A stretch of 64,000 nt of DNA, taken from contig CM059431.1 of the NCBI GenBank assembly GCA_030390025.1, positions 126,172,001 through 126,236,000 on the forward strand, given 5' to 3'. This DNA comes from Squalus acanthias. Its lineage: Eukaryota. The position numbers and the translations under genes were made by a program. Below the pieces are notes generated by a model, which saw nothing but the letters and a program-made list of their open reading frames with translations, did no database searches and was not told the origin of the DNA. Position 1 is the first letter of the stretch. Each line of letters opens with the position of its first letter. Below, piece after piece: positions 53,401 to 63,065 of this stretch.

Positions 53401-54931
53401 CTTGGTCCGGGAAGTGTTCTCGCGGTGGGGACTCCCCCGTTTTGTGGAGTCAGACCAAGGGAGTCATTTCACCGGACAGGTGATGCAGAACACCCTCATG
53501 CTTTTGGGCATTGAAGGGAAGTGGCACGTAGCACACAATCCCCAGTCATCCGGGATTGTTGAACGCATGAACCGGACCCTGAAGGAGAAATTGAGGAAAG
53601 AGACTAGGAACTCGCCCCAAAAATGGGCGGAAGTTCTGCCTTTAGTCCTCATGGGGGTCCGGGCCAGTCAGTCAAAAAGTACGGGGTACTCCCCGCACGA
53701 GGTGATGACTGGGAGGCTCATGCGAACCCCCACCCATGTGCTAGCGCCGGTGCTCACTGAGGGTCAGCTCCAAGAGATAAGCAGGGACAAGTTCGCCCAG
53801 ACCATCTTGGAGCGCCTGAAGCAGGTTTATGAGCAGGCGGCTGGGAACATGGGAAGGCAGCATCAGGGCAATCGCCTGTTGCTGGAACCCCGCAAAACGC
53901 GGGAGTGGGAAGTAGGAGACCAGGTTATGGTCAGAAACTACGCTAGAGTAGGGAGTCTGGAACCACTGTATATGGGACCCTACAACATTGTAGATTAGGC
54001 GAGTCCCATGATATACGCCGTAAAGGTACCTCGGCGCACTAAGTGGTTCCATGTAAACCAGTGCAAACTGTACAAGCCAGGTGCGCAAGGGAAAACCACA
54101 GGGGTAAACCCTGTGAGTGGGGACGCGCAGCCCCAGGTAGGACCACAAGGCACACAGGCAGGCAAAGCAGCTTGCATCAGGGGAGGAGACATCCTGGAAA
54201 ATTGTGAAACATTTTTGTGGGGTTGGGAGTCAGATGAGGGAGAGTTCTTGGAACTCGAGTCAGATGAGGATAGTGATGAGGACGAGTGGGGATCGGGGAA
54301 CGCAAGGGTCGCCCCCGATTCAGGTATAGGGAGGACAGGGGCTGCAGATAGAGATCCACACAGGGTGGACACCGAGGCTGCAGGTCCCGAACACAGGAGG
54401 GAGGAGTTAGGGGAGGCGGAGCCAGCCGCTGTGAGACCACAGGGAGTGACGGTGAGAACCTCAGAGCCCGAGCCGCCCACCTTGAACGTCCTGCCCTCGG
54501 GGGAGGTAGGGATTGCGAGTGAAGGGCCGCCTGCTGGGCCGAGCAGGGCAGTGCCACAAGCTGCAAGTCCCGAGGTCAGGGAGGCGGAGTCAGGGGAGGC
54601 GGAGCCAGTGACTGTGGTGGGACCACAGGTCGTCCCGGCGAGAGTCTCGAACCCCGGTCCGTCGGTCCTGGGATTCCTGCCCCCGACAACTCCTCGTAGG
54701 TCAAGTAGAGAACCCCAGCCCAGGAAGATGTGGGTATGGCCCCAGACGGTCCCAAGGCGTAGACTCAAGGTTAAGGCAGCCCAGATAGAACCCGGTCCCA
54801 TCGCAGCAGCAACAGGCTGCGGCAGATCAGAGGAAGGGGTCAGTGCAGCAACAGGCTGCGGCAGATCAGAGGAAGGGGTCAGAGCCCTCCCACCGTCGGG
54901 AAGAGCTCGCAGCAGCCTTCTCAAAATTTAA
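50405..54931 (+). CDS. pol: Pol (PR-RT-tether-RNase H-IN-long tail), in frame with gag, with one internal TAG at 53996-53998
   Basis: PR: LLDTGAS. RT: LDISNGFW, LPQGFHNSP, YVDD. Tether: FLEVAASG...CERHLLA. RNase H: YVDGSS, QQAEL, SDS, KVKAH, GNQQADALA. IN: HEGPGAGH...CLVC, IDYIG, SDQGSHF, GIVERMN, GPY. ORFs 50468..53998 and 54008..54931 share one frame. Confidence 0.93.
54806..54883 (+). repeat. 2 x 39-bp in-frame tandem repeat in the Pol tail (AATGCGRSEEGVS/R)
   Basis: Direct duplication of gcagcaacaggctgcggcagatcagaggaaggggtcag. Confidence 0.9.
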
Positions 54932-55230
54932 AGGGAGCCGCCCTGAGAACGGGCGGCGCTGTACAGGAATAAGTTTAGGATAGGTTTCTAAGTTTATAGT
55001 TTAAGGTTAAGAATAAGTTTATAGTTTTAAATCAGGTTAAGTTTGTAGTTTAATTTTAACAGAAAATGGTAAAATGATGGGAGTTAGAGATAGGTTTAGT
55101 TAAAGTTTATTTAGTGAACATTGAAGTTTACGTGAGGCGAGGTCTGGGGACCCGCTCACCCTTCACAAAAGCCAGAGTCTCTTGCGAGGCTGGCTACCTC
55201 ATTCTATCTGATCACAGGAACCAAGGAAGG

Positions 55231-57581
55231 ATGGAACGAATTCTAGTATTGCTTGCGGCAATCGGATGTGGATTGGCCTATCGAGGCCGCACCAAGGATG
55301 TCGTGGTGTTTGGATGCTCCGGGGACACGGCCCCCATCGCGGTGGATGGGACCGGAAGACGGGAGGCTGAGGAGACCACCACCTATTTCCACAAGGGAAG
55401 GTGGCCAGGATGGCTGGGAACGAACTCAACGGAGTATTCCAGCACATCGGGGTTTGCCTACCAAGAGACTTCTTTAATGTGCCCCAAAGTAAGGATCATC
55501 GCACCCAGGATCAGCGTCACCGTCGGCAAACGGATTTGTTTGACTTGTAGTGGGAATGTCCCATTGAGCCGATGGTGGTGGCTGCGAAAGCTGAGCAAAA
55601 ACATGAGGAACTCTTCGGTCGAGTGGGAACGACTGGGTAATAATACCCATCGGACAATTACGGGGACAAACGGACAAGTGAGAGTCTGTTGGGACAAATG
55701 GTGGGAACCGGATGAGGGAATTTATGTATGTATGTGGGGGTCAAAGTACGTTTGCCCCAAAGGCATCTCCATATTTTTCATTAATCAATGGCAGGATAAT
55801 GGACAGGGGATGAGGTGGGATGCGAGCACCAGGGGGTGCGGAGCCCCATTCTCCCCGATCCCAGTAAATGCCACTGAACTCATTACGCGCCCACGCAAAG
55901 CCCCGCCCACGATTCCGGTGGTTCTAGCTAAGGAAGAAGGGTGCCCTAAAACCAGTAAGGGACCCGGGAATGGTTTGGTACTGGTCCCCACAGACCAGAT
56001 ACTATTTCAGGGGGTCCACTACGCGGTGGCCTCGGTGATTTTAAATCTCACCGAGGTGCGGTTACCAGAGTGGTGCCCCAAAAAGACGGAACAGTTGTAT
56101 CAGGTCCTGTTGACCAAGATGTTCAGACAATTTTACGAATTCGATTTCGCGGAAATTGATAAAACAAGTTTGTACACCGCACCACATGAAGTTTTGGATC
56201 AAGTAGGGAGGCAAAGAAGGGGTGTAGTGAACGACGCGTTCACTGCTTTTAACACGGGTACATCTGTGGTCAACGCTCTAGACAGTGTGGAGCTGCAGAC
56301 CCAGATTAATGGTCTAAAGACGCAATTAAAAGACATTCTAACAGATGAGAATAAAGTGGTAGGGTCGGGTTTACACGAGGACCAAGCCATGACTCTCCAT
56401 TTAAAGGAAATTATAGCAGAGTTGGAGAAACATGCAAAGACGGTAAATGCCCTGATTAGGGAAGATCGGAATGCATCCGATCAAGCTGCGCAGAACGAGG
56501 TGTGCGTGCTTTACGGGGCGTGGTTACTGGGCGAGGGCCGCAGTAATTTGGAGGATTTAAAACAAGGTTTGGTCCCGTCCTGGATAAGTAACAAACACCT
56601 GCGGGCGCTCCACCCTTTTCAGAACGCATTAAGTCCGTGCCAGCTCAGGCTAGCTTCAGAAGCATACCCAGTCCCCGTGGACTGCGGACAATCAAACCAT
56701 ACTATCATGGGTATAGTTTTACATATGCTGGTTTTGGGCGACACAGCAAAGCCCGCCCCGGTGTATCGGGTAGAGAACATTGGTGTCATTCAGGGGGGAG
56801 CCCACATTCGCTATGCAGCGGTTCCACCCTACGTCATCCGCTGGGAGCAAACGATGACAGGTACAGATCTCTCTGGTTGTCGTGGCAGGGGAGCACACAT
56901 AATACTGTGTCCCCAGCACTTGAATGCCTTTTCAACACCACAGTGCGGGTTCAGAACGGCTGGCTCCAAGTCCATGAATTGCACCATGGAGGCAATGGCA
57001 CAAGATCATGTGCCTCCGCAGGTAGCATACATCGGGGGTGGAACATATTGTGTTACCACTGCAGCGCAACACTACCAGCATGGAAACCGTAGCCGGTGTC
57101 CGGTGAGTGACAGCAGTTTCTGTTTCAAACCCAGGGCGGAAGTTCAAGTAGCACAACAGCGAATTGTCCCAATCCCTGAACCATCCACTGTTCATCTAAC
57201 AGTAAAAGAGAATTTCACCGACTTGCAGCGATTCGTTGCACATTTCGGATACCTCATTCCCCCTCTCCCTGAACACCTCACCAAGCTTTTAAAAGCCGTC
57301 GCGGTGTCACAAAAACATTTTTACACACTAGAGCAGAAAACTGTCGAAATAGGAACAGACATTCTGGATATAGTAATTCCACCGTGGTGGAATCTGTTCA
57401 CCAATATTGAAGGCCTTCATGGATCAGGATAGCCTCCCACATTTTAGTCGTATGCCAAGTTTTTATTGTAGTGTACCTATTGGTCGTACATTGTAAAAGA
57501 GACAAACGCCTCACCAAGCATGAAAACACGGGAGAGTGGCGAGAACGTTACGTGCGCGTGCACGATGAAAGCACCGTGTGA
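55231..57581 (+). CDS. env: Env: F-like class I fusion glycoprotein with N-terminal Ig-like domain; 1-nt frameshift at ~57412 before the TM anchor
   Basis: Signal peptide MERILVLLAAIGCGLA, furin site RQRR|GVVNDAF, heptad region, Cys-rich DLSGC...ILCP...QCG. The TM and tail (PSWIRIASHILVVCQVFIVVYLLVVHCKRD...STV*) continue in another frame at 57414-57581. Confidence 0.88.
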
Positions 57582-58020
57582 TCGGAAAATGGCGTCGCTC
57601 CCGCTCGCCACGTGCGCCGCGGAAGTTTGTACTCGATCATGCTTTTCAAAGACTGTAAATACGTTTGGAACTCGACATGTTTTAAGAGTTGGTGTTGATT
57701 ATTTTGGTGATGGTGTTGTAGTTAAAAATGATTGTTTGGTTTTGGTTTTGTTTTTCCTTTCCCTAAATAAAAAGATGAATGTACAGGTGACACGAGAGGC
57801 ATCGGCCTGGTTACGCCGGGAAGGAAAACAAGTGGTGTAAGTTTAAAGGCAAATAATGCCTACGGTGATATAAAATGTAATTTTCTTGGGAAATAAGGAC
57901 GACGCAAAGACCCTAGATCGTTTAAGTTATGGGATTAAATTTTCTGGATTTGGAGAAAATCGAGATAATATTGCTCACCACAATATTTTTGATACGATAA
58001 GCGGAGTTATTCGCATCAAC

Positions 58021-58029
58021 AGGAGGGAC
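58021..58029 (+). promoter_or_regulatory. Short polypurine tract of provirus B
   Basis: AGGAGGGAC abuts the 3' LTR. Provirus A has AGGGGGGAC in the same position. Confidence 0.7.
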
Positions 58030-59734
58030 TGTAGAATTCGCAATATATCGCGATTTTATAAATAAGGAGAGAACACATAGTTTCGTTCAAACAGCTTTTA
58101 TTTCAGCAGAATGCTGTCAGGTTTCAAAGTGGACACAGGCAGCTTGTAAAATGGCCGCCGCACCTCGTGGCGGAACATTCTAGACTTTTCGACAGGCAGA
58201 CAAGATGGCGTTCCAATAAACATTTGTGCAAGATCGATTAAGACTCAGCACATTGAAGATAATACACGAGACATCATGGGTTTACAGTATACACATAAAT
58301 ACTGAAATCGGTCTCCCAGGTACGAATGAAAGCTATTGTACCAAGTAATCAAGAGCCCATCCAAAGACATTAATATGTAAAATCCCAACGACTCTACGAT
58401 GAGAGAGCCGTTAGCGGGTAGTTACAGAAAACACTTGGAAGCCCCAAAACCCCTCCAGGGAGAACACCGACCGATTAAACAATGGGAGAAATATTAACAG
58501 GTACTCAGACATTTACGAGTAGCCCCGAAACCCATTAAAAACGGAGATCACCCTATACAAGACATTTGAGCGCCAAACCCTAACAAAAGAAAAGACATTA
58601 AGGTTGGGCGGGAAACGGAAGATTTTGTACTATAATTACAAGCTCCAAACCGTCCATCGCTCTCTTATCCTCTTATCTTGCTGGTGTTCATCCTCGTGGC
58701 TGCTCCTGTGCTCTTGACTCGCCGTCTTGTTCCTGCTTGCCTCGTGTCTCTTTTAAAAGACTGTTGAACTTTGTGATCCGCTCGGATCTACCTCGTGTCG
58801 TGTCGCGAAGACCTGTGTAGAACTGGGCTCTGAAGCCTTGAAGCGGGCGCACCATTCCGATAAGTCGGTAAACGGTGTCGGAACCGAAGGCCCGAGACGA
58901 GATGAGATGAGATGAGATGAGATGAGAAGAAGACCATACTTATCGCCACGGTCAGTAAGCCCCGACCGCGCCTGTAGGTCGAATAGACATTTTCCCTGCC
59001 AGGAAGACTTCTTTGAGTTCTACAGAACTGACACAGGAAGACTCTTCTTCGAATTTTATCGCACCCGTGCGAGGGCACAGGAAGACTCTTTTTTGAGTAG
59101 AGTCGGAACTCCGAGGACAACACAGATCTTCATGACAGCAGACGTTCCAGCCTGCTAGCCGGAGCAGAAACGAGTAAACAAGTGGGGCCAGGAGACCCCC
59201 TGATCGACACGTGGGTGCTGCGGTGAAAAACATCCGATCAGAGTTTTCGGAATTCTCCGAGTTATCACGAGTGGTGAGCATGAGTCTCGAATCCTACGAA
59301 TCTAGTTTAGAATAGGTATTGATAGGGGAGGGTTTAAGTTTTAAGGATAATTGTAATGTGCGCCCCCATTTACGATGTGTCGTTCGTTCCTCGTTTCCCT
59401 GAAATTAATTACATAACTGCGTGCAAGATTGTACTGTCATTAATCTGTGCTTATGACATGTATTTCGTAATCTTAAGTATTATGCAATAAAGATTTTCCA
59501 TTTCGTACCATTCAACCGAGTCTACCTGAGTTTCATCTCCATTACTGCTCTCGCATCTAAGTCCAGTGTCTAGAACCGTAAGGGCGAGTGGGTCGAACCA
59601 CTCACAGGTGTGTCTAGTGCTCCCAGACTGGCTGGAGACCAGAACAGGCAATAAGGCCTAAACCCACACTAGCATCCAGGCTGCACAGAGCCACACGAAT
59701 CTCACAGGCTGAGAGACGGTCAGAAACCCTTACA
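58030..59734 (+). repeat. 3' LTR of provirus B (1705 bp)
   Basis: Copy of the 5' LTR. By eye it differs by about 4 substitutions and one 5-bp unit at the microsatellite. Confidence 0.96.
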
Positions 59735-60794
59735 AACCTCTAGCAAATATTTATCATTTGTTGATCCGAAAAAAAGGAACCTATGTAGTAGCTTGGCTCT
59801 GCAGTAGCACTTTTACCTCTGAGTTAGACGGTCATGGTTTCAAATCTCAATCTAGAACTTTACCCCCCCTATTCTAGACTAAACCTTCACTGTAGTACAG
59901 AGGGAGTGTTGCATTTTTGGACCTACCATCTTTCAGGTAAGACATTGAAGAAGAAATTCAACTTCATTTTGCCCATTTTTTGAACATAAAACGAAGATTG
60001 GGAGACCAATTTCAGGTTGTGATCTCTCGCGCCCAATCTACCCCAGTACAGTGCCACTGTCACATTGAAAGCAGGTGATTTTAGTTGTGCAGGGCACCCA
60101 CCTGAAACAGTCATTAGGTGCCTTGCATATGCAAATTGGGGTTTTAATGGTTTGTAAGACCCCAATTGAAATTGGTGTACAAATGGGCCGTGCTGGAGCG
60201 GCCTAACCAGCGGTCCTTAAGAGGAAGCTGTTCCAATATAAGCCAGAAAATCTTTTAAATGTTACATTTCTGTGGAACCAGAAGCAACAGACATGCTGCT
60301 CCTTGCTCCATGAAATTACTCGACGATGCTGCTGGTCGAGGCTCACCTGCCTCAGCTTTGCAACCCCCCTCCAAGGACCTTCCTGCAGGCCAGCGCAACA
60401 TGAAATCTGGCCGAAATCCATCAGGCTCTGACCAGTGAGCTGCATCGGGATATACGATTGGCATCCATAACTCCCCTGTTTAATGCAAAAGTGGCTCGAG
60501 GCTGAATTTGAATCGGGGCACAGGCCGTCGGACACCAGCACACGAATCAATCACTTCGCTGGCTTCCTACCCCATTTTGGGCGAAAGCCCAATTTCCCAG
60601 AAATTATACCAAAGCCCCATCTGTCTGTTCAGATAAATGCTGAAGATCCATGAGACTATTTAAAGAAAAGCAGGAATGTTCTACTATCCTGGCCAACACC
60701 AACACCACCAAAAATACTTTATCTGGTCATTCATCTCATCTGGAACCTTGCTGTCTGCAAATTAGCTGCCATGTTTGCCTGCATAATAAAAGAA

Positions 60795-61185
60795 GGAAAA
60801 GAAAGACTTGCATTTATATAGCGCCTTTCACGACCACCGGACGTCCCAAAGCGCTTTACAGCCAATTAAGTACTTTTCGAAGTGTAGTCACTGTTGTAAT
60901 GTACGAAATGCGGCAGCCAATTTGCGCACAGCAAGGTCCCACAAACAGCAATGTGATAATGACCAGATAATCTGGTTTTTTTTAAGTGATGTTGGTTGAG
61001 GGATAAATATTGGCCAGGATACCGGGGATAACTGCCCTGCTCTTCTTCGAACTAGTGCCATGGGATCTTTTACATCCACCTGAGAGAGCAGATGAGGCCT
61101 CGGTTTAACGTCTCACCCGAAAGACGTCACCTCCGACAGTGCAGCACTCCCCCATTACTGCACTGGGAGTGTCATCCTAGATTTT
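60795..61185 (-). mobile_element. Deu-domain SINE (5'-truncated)
   Basis: Reverse complement of the 22636-23101 family. Confidence 0.85.
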
Positions 61186-61479
61186 TTTTTAGCTGTGTGA
61201 CTATGTTTCAGAAATAATGCATTGGCTGTGAAATGCTTTGCGACATCCTATTTATTGACAACAAGGCCAGCAAGGGACAAGTAGTAAGAAATACAGATAT
61301 TTTGAAATCCATGAAAAATCTTTGCAACCTTTGTGATAATTCAATTTACTGAAAATAAACCTGTTCTACCAGCATTACCACCAGCATATCTGTATCGAGT
61401 CACACATTAACAGTAACTCACTATCTTAACAAATTGTTTAAGAAGACAAATAGATGAAACCAACCTCTTAAATAAAGTA

Positions 61480-62148
61480 AAATAACAACAGAAAATGCTG
61501 GAAACACTCAGCAGGCCAGGCACCAACCATGGAGAGAGAAACAGAGTTAACGTTTCAGGTCTGGGACCCTTCATCAGAACTAGAGAAGGCTAGAGATGTA
61601 ACAGATTTTAAGCAGATGTAGAGGCAGGGAAAGGGGGAGGGGAGGGGAGGAAGGAACATTCTGTGCTAGGGTAGGAGGCAGGAGAGATAAAATGTTGCAA
61701 ATGGGGATGGCAAAATCATAAACAGCCTGAAAAATGGGGGCAGGGGTTATAGTCTGAAATTGTTGAACTCAATGTTGAGTCCAGAAGGCTGTAAAGAGCC
61801 TAATCGAAAGATAAGGTGCTGTTCCTCAAGCTTACGTTGAGCTTCGTTGGAACAGTGTAAGAGGCCGAGGACAGAGAGATCAGAGTGGGAGTGAAGCGGA
61901 GAATTAAAGTGACAGGTGACCGGAAGCTCGGGGTCACCCTTATGGACTGAACGGAGGTGTTCCGCAAAGCGGTCGCCCAATCTGCGTTTGGTCTCCCCAA
62001 TGTAGAGGAGACCGCATCGTGAGCAGCGAATATAGTATATTAAATTGCAAGAAGTACAAGTAAATCGCTACTTCACCTGGAAGGGGTGTTTGGAGCCCTG
62101 GACAGTGGGAAGGGAGGAGGTACAAGGGCAGGTGTTGCATCTCCTGCC
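61480..62148 (-). mobile_element. Penelope-like element 3' fragment (GIY-YIG C-terminus and terminal repeat)
   Basis: GDRFAEHLRSV...CHFN...RKLEEQHLIFRLGSLQPSGLN. Confidence 0.88.
61545..61581 (-). ncRNA. Minimal hammerhead-ribozyme-like motif in the Penelope terminus
   Basis: AGUU-CUGAUGA-A-GGGUC/GACCU-GAAACGUU-AACU: conserved core boxes, stems I and II, palindromic short stem III. Confidence 0.7.
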
Positions 62149-62149
62149 T

Positions 62150-62720
62150 CCCTTCCCATTGATAAAGCTGGGTATCATTAGCATAAATATAAAACCTGAC
62201 CCATCTTATGGATAGTGTTGCCGTGGGGCAGCATTTGGATGAAAAATAGGAAGGAACCAATCATAGAACCTTGGGCATATTAGCAGTAATCATGCGGGCA
62301 CAGGAGGAGGAACCATTGCAAGAGATGGTCTAGCGCTAGTGGGACATGTGGGAATGGAACCAGGTGAGGAGAGCATTATGGAGGTGGACCACAAAGTATT
62401 GATGCTGAAGGTGGATGGTATGATCGACCTTGTTGAATGCACAATCAGGTCCAGGAGGACAAGGAGGGACAATTGACAATAGTCACACAGAATGTTGCTG
62501 ACTTTGACCAGGGAAATCTCAGTGCTCTGGCAGGATGGAAAACAGACTGAAGGGATTTGAACCGGGAGCAGTTGGAGAGGTGAACATAGAGTTGGGTGGT
62601 GCTGAACACATTACGGAGTGTTAAAAAAGAAGGGAAGGTTGGGGATGGGGTGGTAATTGGAGAGAGGTTGACAGTAAGTTTGTTAAGGACTGGGGTAACT
62701 ACAGCAGTTTTGAAGAAAGA
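62150..62720 (-). mobile_element. Decayed L2-like RT fragment
   Basis: SLLVLLDL and YANDTQLY motifs. Confidence 0.6.
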
Positions 62721-62910
62721 TCACATAAGAGACATGGACCTATGATTGAGTCACCTAATTTCATTTATAAATGTTATTAACATTTTGTTAATACAGATTG
62801 TCTTATAATATGGTCAGCCAAATCATCTGTACAATGGATTGTACAGATTATCAATTGTAATTTTGATCTGATCCAATATGGGAATGAAATAAACTTAAAA
62901 TTGTTGTTAC

Positions 62911-63065
62911 CTGTATTTTCTCCATTGTCTTCTCTCTGATAGAATCAAGGGAAAACAAATTCAATTTGATCCGAACGTAATTGCCCCTCTTAGACTCCAA
63001 TGTGCCTTCTGTAACTTTAGGGTCTGCCTTAGATATTCTCTCGGGTACAGAGCTGCTGGGAATTC
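62911..63065 (-). other. Candidate host coding exon
   Basis: ttacag| acceptor, CAG|gtaaca donor, one open frame (IPSSSV...REKTMEKIQ) in non-repetitive DNA. Confidence 0.3.

Larger units (their letters stand above)
46885..59734 (+). mobile_element. Provirus B: near-intact endogenous lokiretrovirus-like element (LTR-gag-pol-env-LTR)
   Basis: Two ~1.7-kb direct repeats TGTAGAATTC...CCCTTACA. TSD AACC at 46881-46884 and 59735-59738. PBS, PPT and gag/pol/env ORFs lie between them. Confidence 0.96.

Noticed and set aside
53995..54924. 309-aa antisense ORF over the Pol tail
   Set aside because: It is a GC-rich, low-complexity shadow of the sense ORF, with no equivalent long ORF in provirus A.
55114..55230. 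GTG-initiated 39-aa extension of Env
   Set aside because: The signal peptide starts at ATG 55231, matching A, and a splice acceptor lies just upstream.
57520..57840. ORF between env and the 3' LTR as an accessory gene
   Set aside because: It overlaps the true env tail in another frame, has no recognisable motif and has no counterpart in A.
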